From Sphagnum compactum (lineage: Eukaryota), in NCBI GenBank assembly GCA_965153455.1, contig OZ234493.1, positions 5,394,001 to 5,458,000 of the forward strand: a stretch of 64,000 nucleotides of DNA, read 5' to 3'. Under the pieces are notes generated by a model. It worked only from the letters and a program-made list of their open reading frames with translations. It was not told the origin of the DNA and searched no databases. The position numbers and the translations under genes were made by a program. Below are positions 34,093 through 47,199 of the stretch, one piece after another (position 1 is the stretch's first letter; every line of letters begins with the position of its first letter).

Positions 34093-36170
34093 TGTATGCT
34101 TTGCAGCAGTTGGTATGTATGTTGCAGAGGTCATTTGAAAGATGCATCTTTATGAAGGTGAAGAGCAAGGCTGTCAAAAAGAGAAAGGAACCATTGATGA
34201 TGGTGCATTTGAGGCACAATATTCTTTGCAATTTTATGCATTGGTAATCTTCGAACTGTGTGCTCTTCTTTTCTTTGTTTTGCAGACAAAATGGGGATAC
34301 AGCAATGAGCTGCTGCTGCTGCTGTAATAATTGGAAGGAATGTTTTTTCTTGCAATGTTCTCACCACAACTCACTCAGCAGCATTTGCAATCTGGTACGC
34401 AAATTTCCCAAACCTCAGCATGACCCAAGTGAAATTTGTTGGTAGCATGACCTGAGTGAAAAATTTGTTGCAAACAACAAATAGAGTGCTTGTAAGTAAC
34501 AAGGTGGGTGCTTCTTGACATGAAGAGAATGTCAGAATTTTTTCATGATTCATGTTAAACTTAGTCCATCAGTTACAATTGCATGAATTGCCTCAGTCAA
34601 TCTTTTATGCAAATTTTGACTGGATGGGAACCAGATAGGATATCTAGGGATGAATGTGTTGTGCAAGTATTATACAATCCATGAAAGATCTACAATGTGA
34701 TCAAATACATGTGCAGATCATAAATTGTCATATGATGGAAAAGAGTTTCCCAGAATCCATTGTTGTAAGTATTAACTACATGTAAAGACTAGACAGTTTT
34801 TGTTCACAATGTTGTCTATTAGATCATATCATTGTATTTTGCAGAAACAAAACATTCAAACTGCTGGTGTAACTTGAGTGTTTGTTTCAGTCACATAGGA
34901 TTTAAAGAATAGTGGTTAATGCTTGTCAATTTGGGATGAATTGCAACATTAAAACATAACAACAAAATCATTCTGCATCCTCATATGCTGTTGAAAAGAA
35001 TTGTATTACTTTACAATGCATAGCACTTAACATACAAGAATGAATTAAACCATTCAACAATTGCTTTTCCTTGTCACCATTTTAGAGGTTTTGATTTAAT
35101 CTGTATATTGATTCTATAATCATCTTGTTACTTTGTTCCTATGCTTATATACACCATTCATATATGTATTATTTATCACATGATTTGGGCTCTTTAATGT
35201 CATGGTGAAAACAAAATGTTCAAATAATCAAGACATAAAATCTAACATTCAACTACTTTCTACAATCTAACTCTTCCCAATATTTCAACCTATATAATCA
35301 AAATCAAGGTAGAGTTCTAAAATAACGTGGAAATGGGTATTTATTGAAAGGATTGGTGACTTTTAAAAGACGCTTGAAGATTGTTGTTGTTTCTCTTTTG
35401 TTTCGGTTATCATCACAATGGTGTGTAGCTTTTGGTTTGCTGAAAAACAAATCATTTGAATGTTCCAATTCTTTTGTTTGAAAAGCCTTAATAAACAAAG
35501 ATGGGAGATAAAGTCTCATAAGTAGTCTTTACTAGGTGGGTTGAATGAAAATGCTTGGGAATTTGTCTCTAAAAAGCTTTGTGTTTTCATTGCCTATTAT
35601 TTGGTTGTCAAATCATTATTGATGATGCAATTTGTTCTATTGTACAATTCCATCACAAGTAGTAAATCTAGTTTAGATAATTTCCACAAAATGTGTACAT
35701 GTATAGGCTACAATATTCATTTCAACTGTGAGTTAATGTTGATTTGTTCACTTACATTTGACCTTCACAATGATCATTTTTTCTAATGCACATATTGATC
35801 CGACTTCAAGTTGAAACTTTTTGGTTGTCATTTGATAAACATAGCACATCATACGTAAATGTTATATGTTAATACAAGCAACATTTGTAAACTTTTATGT
35901 ACCATAATGTCAGATAGCGAGGATATTTATGATCAAAGCTTTTATAAAAATGATTGGATATAATAGAGTTTATGAAATTCGAAGAATAATGCTTGCAATA
36001 TTGTATACGATATATATAATTGAAATATTCTAATGATCCGTAAAAGCTAAATGGTTTGAAGCAAAAGCAATCTCATCATGTGAAGTGGTTGTGGATATAA
36101 CCAAGTGTCAATAGTCATAGTGAAGTGGGTAAATAAAGTAGCCTTGTCACACCATTTAGCTTTCACTTAA

Positions 36171-36432
36171 GAAATTTCAATTAAAACTTATGAAATTTGA
36201 ATTAAGATCTCAAGTTATGTCTTATGAATTTCAATTAAAACTTATGAAATTTGAATTAAGATCTCAATTTATGTCTTATGAATGTCAATTAAAATTTATG
36301 AAATTTGAATTAAGATCTCAATTTATGTCTTATGAATGTCAATTAAAACTTATGAAATTTGAATTAAGATCTCAATTTATGTCTTATGAATGTCAATTAA
36401 AACTTATGAAATTTGAATTAAGATCTCAATTT
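36171..36432. repeat. 54-bp minisatellite, ~4.8 near-identical copies
   Basis: Unit TCAATTAAAACTTATGAAATTTGAATTAAGATCTCAATTTATGTCTTATGAATG. It produces the spurious repetitive ORF 36190-36447. Confidence 0.95.
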
Positions 36433-37974
36433 TTTCAAAATCATTAAATAATTTTATGTATTATCGTGTTTTAAATCACAATCTAAAAATGAAAAATCAC
36501 TTGTGAAAACTTACTACCACATTGCAATTACACAATTTTTAAAATGATGGATACTTATTACAAAATTATTTGATTTATTTTATGTATAAGTTTATTTTTG
36601 CCATTGTGTCTCATTTTTTTAATGCACTTCACTCAAAAAATTCAAACAATATCTTGCCACATGTTTTTTTTTAACATAACTATTCAATAAGATTTGGAAT
36701 AAATGTGAAGCATTTTCAAAATAATGCATAACCTAATTATTATCCTATTTCTTTTTTCATCTACACTTATAATAAACTACAACATATTTTCACATATCAT
36801 TATTTGTACATCAAATAAAAGAAATGTAATTATTTAGGTGTTAGATGTTTGATAAATGAATGTTCATGAATGAAACTTTATCCATGATGGATGAAAAGTG
36901 GATGATCATACAAGATGAAAAGTGGATGTTCATACAATGATGTTGACAAACTATTATGGATTTAGCAATTCTTGTTGGGAAAAATATCAAAAAATAGTGC
37001 AATTTAAGAAAAAAATGTAAACAACAAAAAAAATTGCTAAAACATTGAGATCACAAATTCCAAAAAATAAAATGTTACCTAATGAGTAAAAGTTTCAAAT
37101 TAATCATATAATTTCAACATTAAACATATAAACAATTCCAATGTCAAATTTATTTGAAATTTTTTAAATCTAATCTTTGATATTATTAAAAATAAAACAT
37201 TATTCAATTTTTTGATAGTTTAAAATAAATATTAATGATGTAATTGAGTCTTCTTTTGTGATGAATGTCCACCACTTTACAAACATAAGAAAGACCATCA
37301 TTAATATCAACAAAATATTTATTTTTCTATTTTTAAAAATGATATAATTTTATAATGCTTGGACTTGTAGCCAAAATATTAAAATATTTTAACAAATTTT
37401 TTACTTCCATATATGGCTTATAAGCAGTATACATCACTAAATTTTCTTACGGATGATCTTGAAGAAGATTACAAAATTGAAAAAAAATGAAAAGATTCAA
37501 AATTCATTGATGTTATTATTAATATCAACATTTATAATTCCTTCATTTATTTATTTATTAAGTGAAATTTTTAATTCATCTTTAAATATTTAAACATAAC
37601 TTGTAACAAAATAAGTTTCATTTTTTTGATAAACCATGTTTAAAGTTAAAATAATAAATATAAAATATTGATAATTTTTCATAATAATTATAATATAATA
37701 CTTAAAATCTAAAAATGTTAAATCCATTGTTTTTAACATGGGATTTGTTTCATACATTAAAAAAAAATGGGGATAAATTAGGGATTTTTAAAAAGTTTTT
37801 TTGGTGTGGCATCATGAACATTCATAATAAGAAACTTGTCCAAGATGCTTAAAACAAATTGGGGAAAAACATACATTTTAATTTACATAAATGTACAAGA
37901 ATTTAATATAGGAATTTTTTTAATTTAAACGTCTCCATGCATTCTAGACTTGCATACATGAACATTTTGATCTA

Positions 37975-38630
37975 ATCATTAACCCATTGAAATATAAATA
38001 TAAGACTTCTTAAAATTTTATACATCCATTTCAAAAAATTATGGTGAATGTAAATGCAACTCTATTGGTAATGGATTTAACAACATTCAAATAAAATGAT
38101 TCAACACATGTGAAAATGTTAATAATTAAAAAGATGCGAAAAATTCACTAACCCATTCAAATATAAATGTGAGGCATTAAGTTGTTATGTGTGTTTCAAT
38201 ATATACTAGTAAATGCAATATGCAATGTTTGAACAATGGTTTCAATAAGTTCAAAGTGGATGATTCGACTCATGTAAAAATATTGATAATTTAATAAATG
38301 TGAAAAAATTCATTAAACCATTCAAATATAATTATAAAATATGGAGTTGCATGTGTTTTAATATATTATAATAAGTGTAAAATGCAAGTTGTGAATAATG
38401 GTTTTAATATTTCAAAAATGAATGGTTCAACTGTAATAATTGGAAAAATGTGAAAAATTCATTAATTCATTTCAATATAAATGTGAAAATTTTAATTATT
38501 ACATGTGTTTAATAAATTATGGTAAGTGTAAAATGCAACTGTTAAGTAATGGTTTCAACATGTTAAAAATTGATAGTTCAATTTATGTACCATGTTTATA
38601 GTTTAAAAATCATTAACCCATTATAATACG
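37975..38630. repeat. Degenerate ~150-170-bp tandem repeat, ~4 copies
   Basis: CATTAACCCATTCAAATATAAAT...GTAAAATGCAA...TAATGGTTT.AA...GATTCAAC...TGTGAAAAATT starts near 37977, 38146, 38311, 38460 and 38611. Confidence 0.8.
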
Positions 38631-38859
38631 TTGTGTAAATAAAGTTAAAAACTACCTCAATTTTCACGTTAATAATTCAAAATTCTTAAATAATTAAATA
38701 AGGTCCAAATTATACTCATAAATGAACAACGTAATGAACATAACAACTATGAATAATATTGAGCATTAATTAGTGTGACAAACCACTTGCAAACTTAAGA
38801 TGACTAAATGTATTTGAAATGTAATCAAATTAAACAATACTTGCAATGTGTGTGGGTGG

Positions 38860-39730
38860 AAAAGGACATGATTTCTTGTTGTGAACATTAATCCTTGTGC
38901 TTAATGTGTACTATGTGTTGTAATCAATTTAAATAAGAAATTGTGTTCTTGTTATAATTTGAAAGAATTTGAACCAATTTTAATATTTTTGGATATGGGT
39001 TTTATTGGTGTCCATGTAGGATGTATTTCATGTTCATACAAGTGCGCATTCCTTATTCTTGTGAGTTGACCACATTTGGGATTATTAAATAATATCCATA
39101 TGACTTTTTGTGAATTGAATAACTTTATTTGATCCTTGGAATATTCCATCCACACATTTATAGGACCATTATATGTTGCATAATTTATAGCACAAAGTTC
39201 AACCAATATATTAATTTTTATTTGAACCTTTGATTCCTTAACGTAGTCATGTTGTGAAGTTTGCATCATTTTGTAATTGAAATGATTGAAAACATGTGTT
39301 ATGATGTCTATCTTGTGCATGCAATATGAATACATCCCCTGCATTTCAAAAGAAAGCCAATTCATTATGTTTTTGTATTGCTTCATTCATGTAAGATAAA
39401 TATGAAAATTTTGGATCATTTAACAGTGTATTTTATTGATTATTTACAGTATCCAAATTTGATTGCAATTATGTAATAGTTTGAAATTGATTTAAGATGT
39501 TAATGAATTGTTCATCACTTGGCACATGACTTGCTTCAATTCATAACATTTATTTTTTTCCATCCAAAAATTTGGGACTAAACTATTAATGTTGTTTGCA
39601 TTAGTTTTGAAAACTCCTACATCACGAATTAGCTGATATTGATAAAAATCTTTAGTGATAATTACATTGAATTTTCCAAAAAGAATTGAGTGAATACGTG
39701 TGATCATTAGTAGAAAAATGTCAATTTGCA
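38860..39730 (-). pseudogene. Pif1-family helicase remnant (Helitron-type)
   Basis: ILFGKFNVIITKDFYQ (motif III-like), CYELKQVMCQ (IV), LVELCAINYATYNG, WTPIKPISKNIKIG, then ITRTQFLI* and TH*AQGL (V). Stops and frameshifts present. Confidence 0.75.
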
Positions 39731-40350
39731 TTTATAATTTGTGACTAAAAAATAATTGCATAAGTGAGGTTGCATTGAACCTTTAATCGCAAATGATGAT
39801 TTAGTGTGTTGTCAACACATTTTTCATGGATGAAACATACAATCAACATATATACACTTTCATCCTTTGACTAGTGTATAACATTTCCAACTACTAACCA
39901 TTCTTTTCTAACTAGTAAACAACCTTATCACTAAATGCCTTTTGTCAACATAATAATTTTTTGGGATTTTTTTTATTGAAATATTAATCTAGGCCATCCA
40001 TTATGGATGATAATAGATTTTGACACATACTTTAATCCGATTTTAACATGTGGCACAATTTGAAACTATATGTATATGACTTTATATTATATATGATGAG
40101 GAAAAATCAACATGGTCCAATTTCAACTATATACATGATGACGTTTGGATAAAGGAAAATTTGATACAAGGTGTTTGGAAATTATTTTTGATGAAAATTA
40201 AATTTTTATTGAAATCTTTATCTCAACCATCCATTATGATTATTCAATTTAGATGTATTTATATTGTGACACGTGGCATGGTCAAAAGTTGCTACGTGGC
40301 ATATTGATTGAATTTAAAAATAAAAATAAAAATAAATAATTACTTACATA

Positions 40351-41266
40351 TGTTGGAACCCTAACCTCGGGCTTGCGATCAAGGCAAGGGCTTACAAGGG
40401 TGCGAGCCAAGAGTGAAGCCCAAGAATCACATTTCATGCTCCCGTGATTGTAGGATAAAGTGAGGGAATGAACCTTCACACTCCCAAGTGAGCTCCCACT
40501 TCGGGAGTTGGACTCCTGATGGACTCCCGAATCTTCAACGAACAATTGCAAGAATCAAAATTCATTGGACTGAAGAGTTCTTTATACCATTGAAAAGTTC
40601 TTGGAACCTAGATGTCTAAAATGAGCTTGCCTGACCCATTCGGGTGCTTGGTACACAAGTTATATCCAAAAGAAAGGTCGAGATTCAAACTGCCAATTTG
40701 ACTCCCGACCACTAAAAGTCAAAAATCGCCCTGATTTATTTGCATGCAGGTGACATGCTACATATAGTTGAAAAGTTCTCGACAAGAGATACAACTTTGC
40801 TTTAGACCTCACCTCAATTGGAGGTTTGCATAAAGAGTTATGGGCCTCCAAAATTGTGGGAGTCCCAATTTCGAGAATTTCGGGACTACAACTTGGGAGT
40901 ACCGGGACAAAATGACATTTGGGTGCTAGCCCCGCGGCCAGGCATAGAGAATATTATAAGGGGGAAGGTGATGACTTCCCCCAAGTCTGAGCCGTGGTGA
41001 GTCTTATGAGTTCGTGTTTACCCGTGGTTTGTCCGTACACCAAAAGTGTTCCGACTATGCACTAACCAACTTGTTGTTTGGTTTGTGCCAGTCCATGTGA
41101 ATAATTGACCCAGTTGTCATTCATCCTAGTCCCATCCCGAAACTCCAGTGCACCCCACTACCCCTGAAATGTTGCGAACCAGGGAGCGCGCCCCAACTCC
41201 TTCTCCTTCCGTTGTTTTCACCTTTGGATTCGTAGTTGAGTCCATAAAGAGTTTAGTGCTGCATCA
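40351..41266 (+). mobile_element. Solo LTR (~916 bp) of an LTR retrotransposon
   Basis: Sharp GC-richer island in AT-rich DNA, starting TGTTGGAACCCTAACC and ending ...GTGCTGCATCA. No internal coding motifs. Flanks ACATA / ACAGG match only 3 of 5, so the TSD is degraded or absent. Confidence 0.65.
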
Positions 41267-41279
41267 ACAGGGTAAAAAC

Positions 41280-42950
41280 TATGTGCATAAAAAAATACCT
41301 ACCTCCTTAGGATACATATGTACCTAAGCTACTTACCTATTTGCCCACCTAGTTATCTAAGTAAGAAGGTAGGTAAATAGGTAGGAAGGTAGAAAGGTAG
41401 AAAAGTAGGTGATTTAAAAAGTAACAATGTAATTTATTTTTTAATTTTATGTTTTGCCTAAATAAGGTTAAACTTCTTTGAATTCATCCCAAATCACACA
41501 TGATTTTGAATGTGAAATCCAAAGAGAAGGCACCCTTTTTATAAGTTTTGTAAGATGACATTAGAATACAAAACATATTGGTCAAACCTTTTAGTTGCAC
41601 CTTAATCGCAAATTACAATTAAAAATGATTTTTCCACAACTTTTAAACTTGTAGATTTTAATTATACAACAAAATAGATAATAAACAAGTAACTAATTAA
41701 CTCACTAATTAATTAGCTAATAACTAATTACCTACCCACCCACCCACTTACAAGACTACTTACTACATATGATTGTTTAATTATTTTACTAATTTTTAAA
41801 GTAGTATTGATCATTAATCTTTCATAGTTTCTAATAACTAATCAATTGGTTCATTGCAATAAATCAAGATTAATGATAAATAATTTCAAGAAATAATTAT
41901 TTACTATCTAACTAATTAATTAAGTCACAAATCAATCATTTAATTTTTAAATATATTTAATTATAAAAATTAAATCTATAATAATAGATTTTTATTCATT
42001 CAATTACTAAAATGAAAATGATATTTTTACCTCAAAAAATGAACCTATTAAATTTATTGTCATCAACTAATTAAATAAAAAATAATTAGGTATTAATTGA
42101 TAATCTAACATAATAAACTAATAACTAATTGGTAATTCCTAAATATGAACTAATTAATATTTATTAGCTACTAACCATAATTCTTGATTTATAAATATTA
42201 ACTATTTCATAGTTAAATAGAACTAAACAAAATAGTAAATAAATTATTACTTTGAATTGAGGAAATATTAACTAATTAAAATTTTATGTATTAGACAAAA
42301 AAATAATATTATGAGTTTTATTTATTTATTAAGTTAAAGTTAAATCAGTTTTAATTAATCATTAATAGTTACCAGACAATTTAATTTGTGAAGAATTCAT
42401 TATTCATTGGCTGGCTAAATATTTACTAATTAGTAGTGATTAGCTATTAACCATAATTTTTGATTAACTACCTAAATCAATTATTGAAATATTTCAGAAC
42501 TAATCATATATTTGAGAATTAATTAAATAAGGAATAATTAGATAATTATCATCTGAATGATTATTTAAAATAATTATTTATTTCATAGTAACTAAATATT
42601 TAATAATATTTAATAAATTATTGATAAATCGTTGATTGATAAATATTAAATATAGTATTAATTTATAAACTTGTTGATAGAAATAAAGTAATTTTTAATT
42701 AACTAACTATTATTTCATATTTCCGAATTAATCAATTAATCAATATGAATAATTCATGAATATTGATTAATTATTTTTTGAAGTAACTAATAAATAATAA
42801 CTGATTATTATTATTATTATCATAAATAAAATTAAATGATTAATTGAGATTATTTTAGTTCATATTTTATACTAACTAATGAATTATTTGAAAATGATAA
42901 TTGTTAATTAAGTAATGTTCATTAAATACAACGATTATATCATATTAATA
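41280..42950. repeat. Extremely AT-rich low-complexity tract (TAATTAATTA / AACTAAT-rich, with an ACCT/AGGT block at its start)
   Basis: Composition read directly; no ORFs in the track. Confidence 0.6.
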
Positions 42951-43420
42951 TGACCCTCACTACTATAATACCTTAATAAAGATGGTATATTTTGAAATGG
43001 ACCATACAAAATCAAAATTATTTTCAATCCAATATGCCCATAATTTATAGTCAAATATATGTTTAATATATTTTGAACATAATTTAAATGCACTTCAATA
43101 TGTTAAATAAGCTTAATAGATGTTTAATATACCTTGAATAAAATCTATATAATATACTTTTGATGTAGTTTAGAAAACCCTGGTGTACATTAGTAAATGT
43201 ATAAACACATTATAATATGTAACCAAATTGCAACTAATTTTGTAATAAATGAATCCAAGAAGTTAGTTAATATGGAAGGATGTGTAATTTAATAGTCGCA
43301 TTATAATTGTAAAAATATTCGTAAAGTTTAAAAGATGGTGACTAATTGTAAAAATGATAAAACAAAGTTGCAAATAATAAGTAGTTGCAAATTGAATGGT
43401 TACATATTACAAGATTTCTA

Positions 43421-43720
43421 CTAGTGATTGGTGGCGAAAAAGAACATCACTTGAAGTGACCCCCCATTGGTGGCGAAAAAAAAATCATTTGAAGTGATTC
43501 TCCATTGGTGGTTAGAAAAAAAAAAACCACTTGAAGTGACCCACCATTGGCGGCAAAAACAAAATACTTGACCCACCATCAGCAACGAAACGAAAATCAT
43601 TAGAGTTACCCCATTGGAAGGGGGAAAAAAATCACTTAATTGACCCCCATGGGTTGTGAAAAAACATTCCATAAACTAACCCCATTGGCTAGGAGAAAAA
43701 CATTCACTTGACCTAAAAAA
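43421..43720 (-). repeat. ~38-bp subterminal tandem array ending in CTAG|T on the minus strand (possible Helitron 3' end)
   Basis: ATTGGTGGCGAAAAAAAA.CACTTGAAGTGACCCCCC repeated ~7-8 times and decaying rightwards. Minus strand ends CGCCACCAATCACTAG|T. Confidence 0.6.
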
Positions 43721-43949
43721 CCCCCTTGGGTGGTTAGTGGCCAAGGCTATCTTTTGATAATCAATATCTCATATAGCCTAGGAAATTTGAACTCACGTCC
43801 TCACTATTGATCCTTGTAAAGCCCTTTCAATGTATATTAATGAACCACTTTATCTTAAGTATACTAGTGTGTATTTATTTGAGCTTTATTCCATTAATTT
43901 TTCACAATTTTGTTTTATGAACTTAGGGTTTTTATTTTTTAATTTGTGA

Positions 43950-45070
43950 GCTTGGGGTTCTGTAGATTTGTTCTTATCAACTTTTGAAGTCCTCCATTTG
44001 TTTTCTTCGAGTTTTTGTTAATTTTGGAGAGTTTTGGGGTCTTCAATTTTATTTTCTCAACTTTGGATAGTTTGGGTTTTAATTCTTCTTTTGGTGTGAA
44101 GTTTGGGGGTCTTTGGTATTGATCTTATGAACATCCCCAATTTTCAATTTTCTTTTTTTTAAGTTTGGGAGTTTTCGATTTTCTTTTTGTCATTTTGGAG
44201 GGTCTTTGGATTTCATTTGGTGAACTTTGGGGGATTTTTTGTTTTTTGTTTTAGAAAAAGTTCAAGGGTTTTTGAATTTCATTTTGTGAATTTTGGGGAA
44301 ATTTTTGTTTTTAACAAATTTCGAGGGTCTTCAATTTTCTTATGACATTTGGGGGTCTTTAATGTTTTTTTTTGGTGTGAAGGTTTGGGGGGGGGGGGGG
44401 TGTGTGTGGTGATGCTTTGCTCTTGTGATTTTTGAAGGTTTTCTATTTTAGTATTTTGAAGTTTAAGAGTCTTCAATTTTTCTTCTTGTAATTTTGGGGG
44501 TCTTCAATATTTTTGTGTGAAGTTTCACAAGGGGGGAAACATGGTATCTTCTTGTGAACTCTCAAGGTTTTTTGTTTTTGTAAATTTTAAAATTCCAAAA
44601 TTCTCAATTTTCTTCTTATCATTTTGGATAAGAAATGATATTGAAGACCCAACTTCAATTTTTTTGTGTGAAGTTTCACAAGGGGGGAGATCGAGTATTT
44701 GCCTTTCTTTTTGTGAAATTTGAAAAAATTTTGTTTTCATATTTTGAAACTTTGGAGTTTTCAATTTTCTTCTTGTCATTTTGGGGTCTTCAGTTTTTTT
44801 GTGTGAAGTTTCACAAGCAAGGAAACAAGGTATTTGCCTTCTATCTTGTGAACTTTAATTGAAGGTTTTTTGTTAAATGGTACTCTAAAATTCCAAAGTC
44901 TTTAATTTTTTCCCTGTCATTTTGAAAGTTCTACATGGGGGGAAATAATGTTGGGGGCATTGTTTAAAAATTTGGGGTTTTCAACTTTGTTTGATGGAGT
45001 TCAAGGATCTTCGACTTTGTTTCTGGGAATTTTAGAGGTTCCCAAATTATTTTCTAGTGAACTTGAACTT
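43950..45070. repeat. Degenerate T-rich repeats (TTTTGGGGGTCTTCAATTTT; GTGTGAAGTTTCACAAG ~145-bp period x3)
   Basis: GTGTGAAGTTTCACAAG at ~44515, 44666 and 44801; many GGGGTCTTCAATTT variants. Confidence 0.7.
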
Positions 45071-47199
45071 GTTTTCCCACTTTGTTTACATCATTTAACT
45101 AATGTCTTTGCAAAACTAGTTCATTTCACGAGCAAAAATTTAAAAAAAATTAATATCACTTGCATTGTTCCTACCCATGGCAATATCCTAAGTCAAATTT
45201 GAGCACTAAAATTTTGTTTCATATGTTTTCAAGATCACCAATGAAGGTCTTTTTTTTCTTTTGAAAAACAAATGGGGTTTTGAGGTGGATGGGATGATTA
45301 CATACCTAATGGTGTTAGGCTATTAAAATAAAATAAAGATTAAAGTAAAGGATTTAAGTTGTGAATGTATGGATTATTGAAAATTTGAAGGAATAAATAT
45401 CAATTTTGAGCAAATCTTTGAATTTTTTCACAACTGCCAATTCTATTTTTTTATATTTGTTTATCCCTAACTTAAAAATTGTTGAACATTGAAAAAACAC
45501 CAAATTCCCAAAATCCCACCTTATAGGCCTCCTTTTATGAAAATGTCTTATTCATATTTTGTCTTCAATTATGGGAATTGTTCAACATTATTTCAGATTT
45601 TAATAATTTGTGCTCCGAATTGATGAACTAGAACTTGAACAATGTGTCAGATAGACCAAATGAAATAGCCACCATTCCATAGTTTGTTCCCTTGAAGGCA
45701 TAGCCAATAAATTGTTGCTTGCCATGGAAATTGCTAATGAAGTGCAAATATGGCTCTCGATTCATAGCAAAATTGGAAGTCGTTTAAAACCCCCCAAAAC
45801 ATAACTTTTGCATCTTTTACATGACTTGAAATATATTTCTATATTAATGTTCCATTAAAAAGCAAGTATTATGTAATAATCTTTTATTTTTGTGTAAAAA
45901 TAAATAAATTTGTGTACATAAGATATAAATGTTTTTTCAAGTTAGGAAGAAGATTAATATACATAAAACAAATGGATGATACTATGGACAATAGATAGTT
46001 GATCATTAGTTAATCCATGTTTAGTTCCTTTTTTTAAAATGATATTCAATAATTAATTCACAACAATATTCATCCAAGGCTAAGCTATCATTCAAATGGA
46101 AAAGGTAAATTTCTTAATTGTTCTACAAGTATTCAAATTCAATTTCTTTTAACCATGTATTTATTTGTGAGGTAGGTTTAGTTGACCCCCACTTCTTTGA
46201 TCATTAGATTAAAAACCATTGGAATTTTAAAATTTTCCCAACCAATTCTTCAACATAATATCCGACTAGTAATTATGTAACATTTCCATTCACATCTATT
46301 TCAAGTTCATTTTCTTTTGAACTTGGCTCTTTTTGAAATTTTCAAGTCACTAGCAAAGGCAAAAGTAAATTATTAGTGAAGATGATGTTCATTTGACACT
46401 CTAAAACTTTAATTTATTTTCTTTCATGTTAAATAGATATACATTGTAGTTTGTTTACTACATTATAACATATATGTGTCAAAGTAATTTTTTGTACAAT
46501 TTGATTTCCTATATATATATTTTCAAGTATTATTGGTTTGTTTAAAATCCTTTAAAAGAAAAAGTTTTAAATTTAACTTCTTAATCCTTCAAATTTCATT
46601 TTCAAATCCTTTATGCAATCCTTCAAAATAATTTTCAAGTCCTTTGCTAACCTTTTTTTTATCTTATTTTCCAATCTTTATAGCCACTTATTCACAATTT
46701 TACAAATATTTTAAAATCATTAATTCGTTTTTAGAATTATTGTAAAATGACTTCCAACAAAATCATCAAGGTTTCATTAGCTTAATAAATTTGATTTGAC
46801 TATTTATGATATTTTAAAGTGAGATTCGAAATTGACATTGAAAGTAACTCTTTGGGGGGGAATTTTTGCATGGTGGTGACAAATTTTTTGTGTAAATTTG
46901 AAAAAATTCCCCCAAAAACACTTACCAATCAAAACCACAATTTATTCTTACAAAATTAACAAAAACCCTAATTGGAAATTTTTAAAAATATGTTTTCATA
47001 TGGACAAGAACCCATTCTTGAGTTTAACAATTCCTTAAGTGGTTAAACATATATAATTGTTAAAATTCAAATCATTATATATCCAAATGTCCATACATAC
47101 CAATGAAGACCATTATAATATTATGTTCCAAACTAATCAACATATCAATATTCAACTTGATTCCAAATATAATAAAATTCTTCAATTGATTAATTTGAC

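Noticed and set aside
35300-36160. Coding-like decayed sequence with short ORFs
   Set aside because: Could not be assigned to any family by eye.
43421-43720. CRISPR-like appearance of ~38-bp repeats (also the 11.2-kb and 36.2-kb arrays)
   Set aside because: Units are adjacent with no unique spacers, there are no cas genes, and the context is eukaryotic.
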